Shown here piece after piece: positions 19,151 through 29,825 of a stretch of 64,000 nt of DNA (the stretch's first letter is position 1; every line of letters begins with the position of its first letter). Source of the DNA: an uncultured Bacteroidota bacterium (lineage in GTDB: Bacteria > Bacteroidota > Bacteroidia > Bacteroidales > JAAUTT01); the NCBI GenBank assembly GCA_963766305.1, contig CAVYAE010000078.1, positions 6,811-70,810 on the forward strand. The letters are read 5' to 3'. The translations under genes and the position numbers were made by a program. The notes under the pieces are model-generated. The model worked only from the letters and a program-made list of their open reading frames with translations. It was not told the DNA's origin and did not search any database.

Positions 19151-20269
19151 ATGTATAATCATTTTTGCAGGGGTACATTTGTGATGGTGCTGATTTTATT
19201 TGGATTAATTATTAATCAACAAATAATTAAAGCAATACAAAGTGAAGATCATCCCAATGTTTCAAAAGCACCTGAAAAAAGCCATGAAGATTTTAATCCG
19301 GGAGATGTAATTCTTGAACATGTTGGAGATGCTTATAAATGGCATATTTTCGCATATAAGGATTTTGATGTTTCAATTCCCCTCCCGGTAATAATTTATA
19401 GTAAATATACAGGTTTTCATTTATTTAGCGGAACAAAATTTGGCAAGGAAAATGAAAAGACCTATCTTGATTTTCAGATTGCCACAGAAGGAGACAGTAA
19501 GGGAAGAATACTGGAGAAACAACCTGACGGAACCCTGAAACGACCCTTTGACATCTCAATCACTAAAAATGTATTATCCCTTTTTTTTAGCCTGGGGCTC
19601 ATGTTATGGATTTTTATTTCTGTTGCCCGGCGTTATGAAAAGAATCCTGACAAAGCTCCAAAAGGTTTGCAGTCTCTCCTTGAACCTTTGATAGTATTTG
19701 TTAGGGATGACATTGGCATTCCGTCCTTAGGCAAGGACAGGTATGAAAAATTTATGCCATATTTGCTTACAGTATTTTTCTTTATTTTTATAAATAATCT
19801 ATTAGGTTTAATACCCATTTTTCCGGGAGGAGCCAACGTTACAGGAAACATCGCAGTAACCATGGTGCTGGCTCTGATAACTTTTATAGTAACCATGTTC
19901 AGCACAAATAAACATTTTTGGGTGCACATGGTAAACACACCCGGTGTACCCTGGTGGTTAAAATTACCCATACCACTGATGCCGTTTATTGAATTTTCAT
20001 CCAGTATAATTATCAGGCCTTTTGTACTTATGATCCGGCTTTTTGCAAATATTCTTGCCGGTCACATTAATGTATTAAGCTTTATTATGCTGATATTTAT
20101 TTTTGGAGCAATGAAACCTATCGCAGGCTTTGGTTTTTCTCCTTTTTCAATAGCTTTTGTAGTATTTATATATTTCATTGAATTATTGGTAGCCTTTATT
20201 CAGGCATATGTATTTACGCTTTTATCAGCATTATATTTTGGTATGGCAAAAGAAAGTAGTCATCATTAA
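19151..20269 (+). CDS. atpB: F0F1 ATP synthase subunit a
   Basis: 'RLFANILAGH' essential-Arg motif. Multi-span protein with the long N-terminal extension typical of Bacteroidota. Confidence 0.9.
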   Translation: MYNHFCRGTFVMVLILFGLIINQQIIKAIQSEDHPNVSKAPEKSHEDFNPGDVILEHVGDAYKWHIFAYKDFDVSIPLPVIIYSKYTGFHLFSGTKFGKENEKTYLDFQIATEGDSKGRILEKQPDGTLKRPFDISITKNVLSLFFSLGLMLWIFISVARRYEKNPDKAPKGLQSLLEPLIVFVRDDIGIPSLGKDRYEKFMPYLLTVFFFIFINNLLGLIPIFPGGANVTGNIAVTMVLALITFIVTMFSTNKHFWVHMVNTPGVPWWLKLPIPLMPFIEFSSSIIIRPFVLMIRLFANILAGHINVLSFIMLIFIFGAMKPIAGFGFSPFSIAFVVFIYFIELLVAFIQAYVFTLLSALYFGMAKESSHH

Positions 20270-20286
20270 TTTTAAAAATAAAAAAT

Positions 20287-20559
20287 ATGTTAACATTGAC
20301 AGTTATTTTACAGGTAGCAAGCGAAACACTTCAAAATGTTCCATTTGCTAAATTAGGAGCAGGAATCGGAGCAGGTCTGGCTGCTATAGGTGCAGGAAAT
20401 GGTATTGGCGGTATAGGCAGAGGTGCTATGGAAGCAATAGCCCGCCAACCCGAAGCAATTAACGATATTCGTTCCAATATGATTTTACTTGCCGCACTTG
20501 TGGAAGGGGTTGCTTTCTTCTCTATAGTAGTTTGTCTATTAATTCTTTTCATGAAGTAA
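20287..20559 (+). CDS. atpE: F0F1 ATP synthase subunit c
   Basis: Gly-rich helix 'GAGLAAIGAGNGIGGIG', loop 'ARQPE', and the carboxylate in 'LVEGVAFF'. Confidence 0.9.
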   Translation: MLTLTVILQVASETLQNVPFAKLGAGIGAGLAAIGAGNGIGGIGRGAMEAIARQPEAINDIRSNMILLAALVEGVAFFSIVVCLLILFMK

Positions 20560-20573
20560 TAAGAAAAAATCTT

Positions 20574-20605
20574 TTGCAAGTCAGTTAATAATTACTGACT
20601 TGCAA
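20574..20605 (+). promoter_or_regulatory. Perfect 12-bp stem / 8-nt loop hairpin between atpE and atpF
   Basis: TTGCAAGTCAGT-taataatt-ACTGACTTGCAA, 15 nt after the atpE stop. No U-tract follows on the plus strand. Confidence 0.5.
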
Positions 20606-20639
20606 ATAAATAGTATTTAACTTTAAAAATAGATAAGCG

Positions 20640-21134
20640 ATGTTTTTAATTCTTCCGGATCCTGGTTTAATATTTTGGATGATAGTTGCATTTTTGATAG
20701 TATTCTTCATACTGACGAAGTATGCATGGAAACCTATTATCAACGCTTTAAAAAACCGTGAGCGGTCAATTGAAAATGCATTACGGTCGGCCGATAAGGC
20801 TAAAGCTGAAATGGCACGGCTACAGGCAGATAATGAAAAAATTCTTGCAGAAGCCCGTCTTGAAAGGGATAAACTCATAAAAGAAGCCCGTCAGACCAAA
20901 GAGAAAATTATTGAAGATGCAAAAGTGCAGGCTCAGGAAGAAGTGAAAAAACTCATGGAGAGTGCACGTTTGGCAATAATTAATGAGAAAAAAGCTGCAA
21001 TTAACGAAATTAAAGATCAGGTTGCCATATTATCAGTTCTGGTTGCCGAGAAAATTATCCGTGAAAAATTATCCGAAGGTACCAATCAAACAGAGTATAT
21101 CGATCAATTATTGAAGGATATTAAATTAAATTAA
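20640..21134 (+). CDS. atpF: F0F1 ATP synthase subunit b
   Basis: One N-terminal TM segment followed by a long charged coiled coil (AKAEMARLQADNEKILAEARLERDKLIKEAR...). Confidence 0.9.
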   Translation: MFLILPDPGLIFWMIVAFLIVFFILTKYAWKPIINALKNRERSIENALRSADKAKAEMARLQADNEKILAEARLERDKLIKEARQTKEKIIEDAKVQAQEEVKKLMESARLAIINEKKAAINEIKDQVAILSVLVAEKIIREKLSEGTNQTEYIDQLLKDIKLN

Positions 21135-21148
21135 CAAGCTGGTTGGTT

Positions 21149-21691
21149 ATGAATGAAAGTTCAATAGGCGTAAGATATGCCAAGGCATTATTTTTACTTG
21201 CACAGGAAAAAAATATTCTGGAAGAGGTTCATAAAGATATGTTATTGGTAAATATGGTTATGACTGACAATAACAGGTTTGGTCTGTACCTCAACAGCCC
21301 TGTGGTTAGGCCTTCTCAAAAAAGGGAACTTATCAGTAAGGTTTTTCAAAATCAAATACACAGTATAAGCCTTAACTTTCTGGATTTATTAATACAGAAT
21401 AAAAGAGAAAATTACCTTGATGCTATTTTCAGAAGGTTTTTCACTGCTTACAGGGAATATAAAGGTATTAAAACTGCAATGATAACTACCGCAACTGAAA
21501 TTGATCAGCCAACATTTGCAAAAATTAAAGAGTTGGTTTCCAAAATATTTAAATCTGAGATTGATCTCAGGGTTAATTTGGATGCGGCTTTAATCGGAGG
21601 GTATATACTGAGGGTCGAAGACCAGCAATATGATGCCAGCGTTGCAACAAGTCTGAATAGAATTAAGAGAACTTTACTCACCATAAAATGA
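21149..21691 (+). CDS. atpH: F0F1 ATP synthase subunit delta (OSCP)
   Basis: 'RYAKALFLLAQEKN' start and operon position. ATG at 21149 is preferred over TTG at 21143. Confidence 0.85.
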   Translation: MNESSIGVRYAKALFLLAQEKNILEEVHKDMLLVNMVMTDNNRFGLYLNSPVVRPSQKRELISKVFQNQIHSISLNFLDLLIQNKRENYLDAIFRRFFTAYREYKGIKTAMITTATEIDQPTFAKIKELVSKIFKSEIDLRVNLDAALIGGYILRVEDQQYDASVATSLNRIKRTLLTIK

Positions 21692-21792
21692 TGTCTGTAA
21701 ACAAACGCCAAATTTATCATTACGCTCATCAAACTTGGAGTATTCATATCAAACATATAGGAATAGTTTAAATTCAAATTAAAATAATAAAT

Positions 21793-23373
21793 ATGTCGGA
21801 CATTAAGCCTGCAGAAGTATCAGCGATACTAAAAAAGCAGATTGAAGGATTTAAATCCGAAGTTGAATTAGAAGAAGTAGGCACTGTGCTTGAAGTAGGG
21901 GATGGAATAGCCAGAATATACGGATTATCTAATGTTCAATCGAATGAAATGATAGAATTCGAAAACAGCGTTCAGGGTATAGTACTTAACCTTGAAGAAG
22001 ATAATGTCGGGGCCGTTCTTCTGGGATCCTCCGAACTTGTTAAGGAAGGCAGCACCGTCAGAAGAACACAACGAATTGCATCAATTAACGTAGGTGAAGG
22101 ATTGTTAGGTCGTGTGATCAATACCCTGGGTAAGCCTATAGACGGTAAGGGGGCCATTTCAGGAGTAACATATGAAATGCCACTCGAGCGTAAAGCTCCC
22201 GGAGTAATATTCAGACAACCTGTAAAGGAACCTCTGCAGACAGGAATAAAAGCTATAGATGCAATGATTCCTATCGGAAGGGGACAGCGTGAACTTATAA
22301 TAGGTGACAGACAAACAGGTAAAACAGCTATTGCCATTGATACAATTCTGAATCAAAAAGAGTTTTATGAAAAGGGCCAGACAGTTTATTGTATTTATGT
22401 CGCTATAGGCCAGAAAGGATCCACAATTGCGAATATAGCAAATACCCTGGAACGGTTCGGGGCAACACCATATACAGTTATTGTTGCTGCTACAGCCTCT
22501 GATCCTGCCGCCTTGCAGTTTTATGCACCTTTTGCCGGAGCTGCCATTGGTGAGTACTTCCGGGACCGCGGTCTACCTGCTCTGGTAATTTATGACGATT
22601 TATCAAAACAGGCTGTATCCTACCGTGAAGTGTCCTTGCTGCTTCGTCGCCCACCGGGACGTGAAGCGTACCCGGGAGATGTGTTTTACCTGCATTCCCG
22701 TCTTCTGGAAAGATCTGCCAAAATTATTGAATCGGATGAAATAGCAAGGCAAATGAACGACCTTCCTGAAAGTATCAAACATCTGGTTAAAGGTGGTGGA
22801 TCGCTTACAGCTTTGCCTATTATAGAAACACAGGCAGGAGACGTTTCAGCTTATATACCGACGAACGTGATTTCTATCACTGACGGACAGATATTTCTTG
22901 AATCAAACCTTTTCAATGCCGGGGTTCGGCCAGCTATAAATGTTGGTATATCCGTGTCACGTGTTGGAGGTAATGCACAAATTAAATCCATGAAACGAAT
23001 TGCCGGAACCCTCAAGCTCGATCAGGCACAGTTCCGTGAGCTGGAAGCTTTTTCCAAGTTCGGATCCGACCTCGACCCTGCTACCCTGGCTATTCTTGAC
23101 AAAGGATCCAAGAACGTCGAAATATTAAAGCAAGGGCAGTATTCTCCTATTCCAGTTGAAAAACAGATTGCAATTATATATTGCGGAACCAAAGCCTTAC
23201 TTCGTGATATACCGCATCAAAAAGTAAAAGACTTTGAAACCGACTTTATTGAACAATTGGAACTTAAGCATAAAGATGTATTAAAGCAGCTTAGAGAAGG
23301 TGTCTTAAACGATGATATCACTAAAACACTTGAAAAGCTTGCCCAGGATATAGCATCCAGATATAAAAAATAA
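21793..23373 (+). CDS. atpA: F0F1 ATP synthase subunit alpha
   Basis: 'GDRQTGKT' P-loop, '[28 protein letters not shown]'. Confidence 0.97.
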   Translation: MSDIKPAEVSAILKKQIEGFKSEVELEEVGTVLEVGDGIARIYGLSNVQSNEMIEFENSVQGIVLNLEEDNVGAVLLGSSELVKEGSTVRRTQRIASINVGEGLLGRVINTLGKPIDGKGAISGVTYEMPLERKAPGVIFRQPVKEPLQTGIKAIDAMIPIGRGQRELIIGDRQTGKTAIAIDTILNQKEFYEKGQTVYCIYVAIGQKGSTIANIANTLERFGATPYTVIVAATASDPAALQFYAPFAGAAIGEYFRDRGLPALVIYDDLSKQAVSYREVSLLLRRPPGREAYPGDVFYLHSRLLERSAKIIESDEIARQMNDLPESIKHLVKGGGSLTALPIIETQAGDVSAYIPTNVISITDGQIFLESNLFNAGVRPAINVGISVSRVGGNAQIKSMKRIAGTLKLDQAQFRELEAFSKFGSDLDPATLAILDKGSKNVEILKQGQYSPIPVEKQIAIIYCGTKALLRDIPHQKVKDFETDFIEQLELKHKDVLKQLREGVLNDDITKTLEKLAQDIASRYKK

Positions 23374-23409
23374 AGTTCCGGAATGACAAAACTAATAGAA
23401 GTATAATTA

Positions 23410-24306
23410 ATGGCAAATTTGAAGGAAATACGAAACAGGATAACTTCCGTTTCTTCGATGAGTCAGATTACTAATGCTATGAAAATGGTATCTGCGGCCA
23501 AATTTAAAAAAGCCCAGGATGCCATCGTTCAATTAAGACCCTACGCGGTTAAGTTGCAGGAAATACTTTCAACCTTAAGTGATAGTGATGGTAATAGTTC
23601 CGATAACCCGTATGTAAAAACTACTTTTGGTTCCAAAAAAACATTGATTGTGGTAATTACCTCCAATCGTGGCTTATGCGGAGCATTTAATTCCAATTTG
23701 ATAAAGTATGCCCTGCTGACCGCCAATACCAAATACGGGGATCAGCTTTCCAATGGTAATGTAGTAATTCTTCCTATTGGACGAAAAGCATATGAATATT
23801 TTAACAAAAGAAAGTATCCGGTTATACCTGGTAATTTTAACCATTTAACAGATTCACCAAATTTTGAAAAAATTTTACAAGTTGCAGGGCAGATGATAGA
23901 TTCATTTTTGGATGGAACATACAGTCATATAGAAATTGTATATAATCAGTTTAAAAATGCTGCTGTTCAGATTCCTACATCGGAACAGTTCCTGCCAATT
24001 CCTAAGACTGAGAGTAAAAAAGGAAAAGGTGAAATTAAAACCAAACATTACGATTTTATATTTGAACCATCTAAGGAATCTATAGTAAAGGAATTAATAC
24101 CCCGATCATTACGAATACAGTTATTAAAAGCTTTATTGGATTCCGTTGCTTCTGAGCATGGAGCAAGGATGACAGCAATGCACAAAGCAACAGATAATGC
24201 AAGTGAGCTGGTCAAAGAGTTAAGATTGCAATATAATAAGGCACGTCAGGCTTCTATTACAAACGAAATCCTTGAAATAGTTGGTGGCGCTGAAGCATTG
24301 AAATGA
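23410..24306 (+). CDS. atpG: F0F1 ATP synthase subunit gamma
   Basis: 'MANLKEIRNRITSV.S..QITNAMKMVSAAK' and C-terminal 'QASITNEILEIVGGAEAL'. Confidence 0.95.
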   Translation: MANLKEIRNRITSVSSMSQITNAMKMVSAAKFKKAQDAIVQLRPYAVKLQEILSTLSDSDGNSSDNPYVKTTFGSKKTLIVVITSNRGLCGAFNSNLIKYALLTANTKYGDQLSNGNVVILPIGRKAYEYFNKRKYPVIPGNFNHLTDSPNFEKILQVAGQMIDSFLDGTYSHIEIVYNQFKNAAVQIPTSEQFLPIPKTESKKGKGEIKTKHYDFIFEPSKESIVKELIPRSLRIQLLKALLDSVASEHGARMTAMHKATDNASELVKELRLQYNKARQASITNEILEIVGGAEALK

Positions 24307-24353
24307 TCGCATAATCAAATAAACTAAATATTAAATAAATAGATAAAACTACA

Positions 24354-25571
24354 ATGAAGGATGCAATTGCTATTATGTGTGCAGGCGGGCCTGCACCTGG
24401 AATAAACACGGTTATAAGTTCAGTTACTAAAATTTTCACCAATTACGGATATACTGTATTGGGAATTCATGGAGGCTATAAAAGTTTATTTGCCGATGAG
24501 CCTGATTACGAATATCTTGATTTTGAATATGCAGATAATATCTACACAAGAGGAGGTTCAGCCTTGCGTATGAGCAGGTATAAACCTAAAGATGACGAAT
24601 TTAAAACTACCTTTTTTGAGAAAAATAATATAAAGTTGCTCGTCACTATTGGTGGCGATGACACTGCTTCCACAGCCAACAGACTTTCAAAATACCTGGT
24701 AGATAAAAAGTTAAAAGTAGCCAATATACATGTTCCAAAAACTATAGATAACGATCTTCCCTTACCGGAAGGCTTTCCTACCTTTGGATACCATTCGGCT
24801 AAAGAAGAAGGTTGCCGTATTGCAACCACGATATATGAGGATGCCCGGACAAGCGGGACCTGGTTTGTTTTATCAGCTATGGGGCGTGAAGCAGGGCACC
24901 TTGCATTCGGAATAGGAACAGCCTGTCATTTTCCTATGATAATAATTCCTGAAATGTTTAACAAAACAAAAATTACATTTGATAAAATAACAAATCTTGT
25001 AATTTCTTCGATGGTTAAGCGCAGGTTATTGGGGTTAGATTACGGAGCTGCAATAATTTCTGAAGGGGTGTTCCACTTTATGAGCGACCAGGAAATTATT
25101 GAAACAGGTATTAACTTTACTTACGATGACCATGGGCATCCTGAACTGGGAAATGTTAGCAAGTCCCATATTTTTAATTTGCTGGTGCAGACTAAATTAA
25201 AAGACCTCCAGATTAAAGTAAAGAGCCGGCCCAACGAAATGGGATATGAACTCAGATGTTGCCATCCTATTGCATATGATCTTACATATGCCACACAACT
25301 TGGTCTGGGTGTATATAAGCTTTTCAGCCAGGGTATTACAGGATGCATGGTTACCACGGATCGTAAAGGGGATATCGCTCCTCTGTATTTAAAGGATGTT
25401 GAAGATGAACATGGAAAGGTTAAACCCCGGCTTGTAAATGTTGAGGCAGAAAAAGTTCAGCTCGTATTTGCAAATAATCTTCATTATATAACCAAAGAAG
25501 ATTACCGTGCCGCTAAAAAATATGTCCCTGTTCCTGAAGAATTTGACTTCTACAAAATACTAAACTGGTAA
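24354..25571 (+). CDS. pfp: 6-phosphofructokinase, probably pyrophosphate-dependent
   Basis: 'IGGDDTASTA' (GGDD rather than the GGDG of ATP-dependent enzymes) and 'PKTIDNDL'. Confidence 0.85.
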   Translation: MKDAIAIMCAGGPAPGINTVISSVTKIFTNYGYTVLGIHGGYKSLFADEPDYEYLDFEYADNIYTRGGSALRMSRYKPKDDEFKTTFFEKNNIKLLVTIGGDDTASTANRLSKYLVDKKLKVANIHVPKTIDNDLPLPEGFPTFGYHSAKEEGCRIATTIYEDARTSGTWFVLSAMGREAGHLAFGIGTACHFPMIIIPEMFNKTKITFDKITNLVISSMVKRRLLGLDYGAAIISEGVFHFMSDQEIIETGINFTYDDHGHPELGNVSKSHIFNLLVQTKLKDLQIKVKSRPNEMGYELRCCHPIAYDLTYATQLGLGVYKLFSQGITGCMVTTDRKGDIAPLYLKDVEDEHGKVKPRLVNVEAEKVQLVFANNLHYITKEDYRAAKKYVPVPEEFDFYKILNW

Positions 25572-25575
25572 TAAT

Positions 25576-25609
25576 AAAGCTGGGATAAATTAGTATTCGT
25601 CCCAGCTTT
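25576..25609. terminator. Bidirectional rho-independent terminator shared by pfp and carB
   Basis: AAAGCTGGGA-(14 nt)-TCCCAGCTTT is a 10-bp stem flanked by T-rich (plus strand) and A-rich sequence. Its 3' half lies in the last codons of carB. Confidence 0.65.
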
Positions 25610-28600
25610 TTATTTTAATATCCTCGGTATTTATCCGGCAGATGGCTGTAAGAAAAGCACTGGCCAGTCTGGCATTTGTTAAAAGAGGTATATTATAATC
25701 AACAGCACTTCTCCTTATAGTGTAGTCGTTATTTAGTTCTGTTTTTGACAGATTCTTAGGGATATTCACTACGAGGTCTATTTTCTTTTCCCTTATATAA
25801 TCAAGAGTATTAGGGTATTGAGGTTCATCAGGCCAATGCAGGGTGGTAACCTCAACACCGTTACTTCTGAAAAAGTCAGCTGATCCCATGGTAGCAAAAA
25901 GCTGATAGCCATTCTCAACCAATAATTTTGCAGCAGGTAATATTTCAACCTTGTCCTTCGCAGGGCCTGTAGAAAGAAGTATGTTCTTTTTTGGAATGTT
26001 ATAGCCTACTGACAACATGGATTTTAAAAGTACTTCATAATAATTTTCTCCAATACACCCTACTTCTCCGGTGGAGGCCATTTCGACCCCCAGTACGGGA
26101 TCAGCCTTAAGCAGGCGCTGGAAGGAAAACTGCGGAGCCTTTATTCCTATATAGTCGAGGTCAAATATTGATTTATCGATGCTTTCAACCTTAAGTCCCA
26201 GCATTATTTTAGTGGCCAGATCGATGAGGTTAACTTTTAAGACCTTGGAAACAAATGGCATAGACCGCGAAGCACGCAGGTTACATTCAATTACCTTAAT
26301 GTCATTGTCCTTGGCTAAAAACTGTATGTTAAAAGGTCCCGAAATGTTTAGTTCCTGGGCTATTTTTTTAGATATTCTTTTTATCCTCCTGACAGTTTCG
26401 AAATAAATTTTTTGTGGTGGAAAAACCATTGTGGCATCTCCACTGTGCACGCCGGCAAACTCTATATGTTCTGATATGGCATAAGCCATTACCTCACCTG
26501 AAGAGGCAACAGCATCTATTTCAATCTCCTTGGCATCCTGGATAAATTCTGATACTACAACGGGATATTGTTTAGATACATTGGCAGCTAAATCAAGAAA
26601 ATGTTTTAACTCATCCCCGTTGGATACTACGTTCATGGCAGCACCTGATAAAACATAGGAGGGACGTATTAATACAGGATAGCCTACATATTCGGTAAAT
26701 TCAATAATTTCTTCAACATTTGTAAGTTCCTTCCAGCGGGGCTGGTCAATTTGCAGATTATCACACATCATTGAAAACTTATGGCGGTCTTCAGCCTTGT
26801 CTATAGAAAGGGGGGAGGTGCCTAAGATAGGTATATGCTGGTTGTAAAGGCGAATTGCCAGGTTGTTGGGGATCTGACCTCCGGTAGAAATAATTATTCC
26901 CCGGGGCTGTTCCACATCGGCAATATCCAGAACCCTTTCAAGAGATAATTCATCAAAATACAACCTGTCACATACATCATAATCAGTACTTACTGTTTCC
27001 GGGTTATAGTTGATCATTACTGACCTGAAACCCTCAGCTTTTATTGTGTTCAGGGCGCTGACCCCGCACCAGTCGAATTCAACCGAGCTCCCTATCCTGT
27101 ATGCTCCTGACCCCAATACCACAATGGATTTATTATCATGTTCGAATTGTATATCATTGACGATTCCGTGATAGGTGAGGTAGAGATAGTTTGTTTTTGC
27201 CCGGATATTCTGCAGCCAGGGTATCTATTTGTTTTACTGTGGGTATTATACCATTTGCTTTTCTGAATTTACGCACATTGAGCAGATAATCCTCCATATG
27301 ATCGTTATCTCCTTTTAATACAAACCTGGCTATTTGAAAATCAGAGAATCCCGCGCGTTTTGAGTCACTAAGCAACTCAAGCGGCATTTCTTCCAAGTTA
27401 TTGAACTCCTCCAGCTTGTTCTTCAATTCAAAAATATTCCGAAGCTTGATCAAAAACCATTTGTCGATCTTTGTTAGTTCATGTATCTGATCAACTGTAT
27501 AACCCTTGTCAAATGCACTGGAAATGACAAAAATCCGCATATCGGTAGGCTCAGACAGTTCTTTTTCTATATTATCGATTTTAAGATCTCGATTGCCTAC
27601 AAATCCGTGCATGCTTTGGCCTATCATACGTAATCCTTTTTGTATCACTTCTTCAAAGCTTTTGCCAATAGCCATAACTTCCCCTACACTTTTCATTGAT
27701 GAACCTATTTGACGGGATACTCCTGCAAATTTGCTCATATCCCACCGGGGAATTTTACACACTATATAATCGAGGGCTGGCTCAAAAAAGGCAGGAGTAG
27801 TTTTGGTAATAGAATTCTTTAGTTCGTGCAAACCATAACCAAGTGCCAGCTTTGCAGCCACAAAGGCCAGAGGATATCCCGTTGCCTTTGAAGCCAGGGC
27901 TGAAGAACGGGACAACCTGGCATTAACTTCTATAACCCTGTAATCTTCTAGAATTAGGATCCAGTGCGTACTGGATATTGCATTCTCCTATAATACCTAT
28001 ATGTCTGATAATCTGAATAGCCAGACGTCTTAGTTTATGATATTCACTGTTTGAAAGAGTCTGAGAAGGGGCAACAACAATACTTTCACCGGTATGAATT
28101 CCCAGAGGGTCAAAGTTCTCCATGTTACATACGGTTATGCAATTGTCATACTGATCTCTTACCACCTCATATTCTACCTCCTTCCATCCTTTTAAGGATT
28201 CTTCTACAAGAACCTGGGGAGAATAAGCAAAAGCTTTTGAAGCTAGTTTGTTCAACTCATCCATATTATTGCAAAAACCTGATCCTAACCCGCCCAGGGC
28301 ATAGGCTGCCCTTATAATAACCGGAAACCCGAGTTGTCCGGCAGCAGTAAATGTATCTTCAAGATTTGTAGTAGCAAGGCTTCTTGCCGTGGATACATTA
28401 ATTTCATTTAATTTGTTAACAAAAAGCTTCCGGTCTTCAGTGTCTATGATTGCCTGAATTGGTGTACCTAATACTCTGACATTATATTTTTCAAAGATAT
28501 TTTCCTTATAAAGTGCAATACCACAGTTCAGAGCGGTTTGTCCACCAAAGGCCAGTAAAATTCCATCGGGAGATTCCTTTTGGATAACTTTCTCCACAAA

Positions 28601-28810
28601 ATACGGAGTCACTGGCAGAAAATAAATTTTATCTGCTATTCCTTCAGAGGTTTGCACCGTTGCTATGTTGGGATTAATAAGAACAGTATAAACTCCTTCT
28701 TCCCTTAATGCTTTAAGTGCCTGTGAACCCGAATAGTCAAATTCCCCCGCCTCCCCGATCTTAAGAGCTCCGGAGCCAAGAACCACAACCTTTTTAATGC
28801 TTCTATCCAT
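25590..28810 (-). pseudogene. carB: Carbamoyl-phosphate synthase large subunit, interrupted by two 1-nt frameshifts (three ORF pieces)
   Basis: The three ORFs (295+253+510 aa) are collinear with one ~1073-codon CarB. Break 1 near 27944-27951: '...IQYALDPNS' continues in another frame as '[28 protein letters not shown]'. Break 2 at the T5 run 27194-27198: 'AAEYPGK' continues as 'TNYLYLTYHG...VVLGSGAYRIG' if one base is removed. Confidence 0.9.
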
Positions 28811-28999
28811 TTGTGAATAATAAATTATCCATTAATTTAATTAGTTTTACTAAGAAAATATTTTGCAAAATTTTTCATTACAAAATATTTTAAACGCGAT
28901 AAAGATACAATGTTATTTATTAGAGGGTTCATCCTGTCTTATAAATAAATTATTTTCGGATTAAAAGTTATATTTTTGTGCAATCTAATTATATTGTTT

Positions 29000-29707
29000 A
29001 TGATGTTTTTATCTATATTATTGCAGGTTAGTGAACCGTTAAATAAATTAAGCGTGGGCGATGCAGCAAGCCATCATCTTACTTTTTTTGAATTACTTGT
29101 TAAAGGAGGGGTAATTCTTATACCACTGGGATTATTATCCATTATAGCCATATATCTTATTTCAGAAAAGTATTATGTTATAAATAAAGGAACTAAAGTT
29201 AACACCAATACTATATCCGCTTATAAGAAGCTGCTGAAAAATGGTGAATTGGGTAATTCATTATCGCTGCTTGAAAAGGAAAACGGTGCATATTACACTA
29301 TATTCCGTTATGGCCTTAAGGATACTGACCTTCCTGTAAAGGAAATTGAAAGTGAAATTGAAAATATAAGCAATATAGAAGTAGCAAAACTTTCAATTAA
29401 CATCAATTATTTGGGAATTATTGCCGGTATAGCCCCTATGCTGGGTTTTATAGGTACAATTTCAGGGATTATTAAAATATTTTATAATATTTCTGTTACT
29501 GATAACATAAGTATCGGGGTTATTTCAGGCGGGCTTTATGAAAAAATGATTTCCAGCGGATCAGGCTTAATTGTAGGTATTGTTGCCTACACCGGTTATC
29601 ACGTTTTAAATATGAAACTCGACAGATTTATTTCTTTTATTGAGTCCGAAGCCTTTGAAGTCATCAATATTATAAAGGATAAAAGAAATGTTAATATTCT
29701 CAACTAA
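29000..29707 (+). CDS. exbB: MotA/TolQ/ExbB proton-channel protein
   Basis: 'IAGIAPMLGFIGTISGII' and 'GLIVGIVAY' are typical ExbB/TolQ helices. The ORF track starts at TTG 28976; ATG at 29000 is more plausible. Confidence 0.8.
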   Translation: MMFLSILLQVSEPLNKLSVGDAASHHLTFFELLVKGGVILIPLGLLSIIAIYLISEKYYVINKGTKVNTNTISAYKKLLKNGELGNSLSLLEKENGAYYTIFRYGLKDTDLPVKEIESEIENISNIEVAKLSININYLGIIAGIAPMLGFIGTISGIIKIFYNISVTDNISIGVISGGLYEKMISSGSGLIVGIVAYTGYHVLNMKLDRFISFIESEAFEVINIIKDKRNVNILN

Positions 29708-29825
29708 ATCAACGGGCTATACTTATTAAACCATCTAAACCTTATAGGTATGCCAGATGTTATTATCGCATAGACATTTCAATTTTTAAACAAATCAACT
29801 AATAAACTATAACCTATACCATGGA

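Noticed and set aside
25590-28810. A naturally split carB, as in some archaea and Aquificae.
   Set aside because: The breaks fall inside conserved motifs. The downstream pieces are open in an overlapping frame upstream of their first Met, and each junction is repaired by a single-nucleotide change.
28811-28975. The palindromes AAAATATTTT (x2) and TTTTGCAAAA in the carB/exbB divergent region as operator sites.
   Set aside because: A/T-only or nearly A/T-only palindromes are expected by chance in this composition. There is no second locus to compare and no associated regulator.
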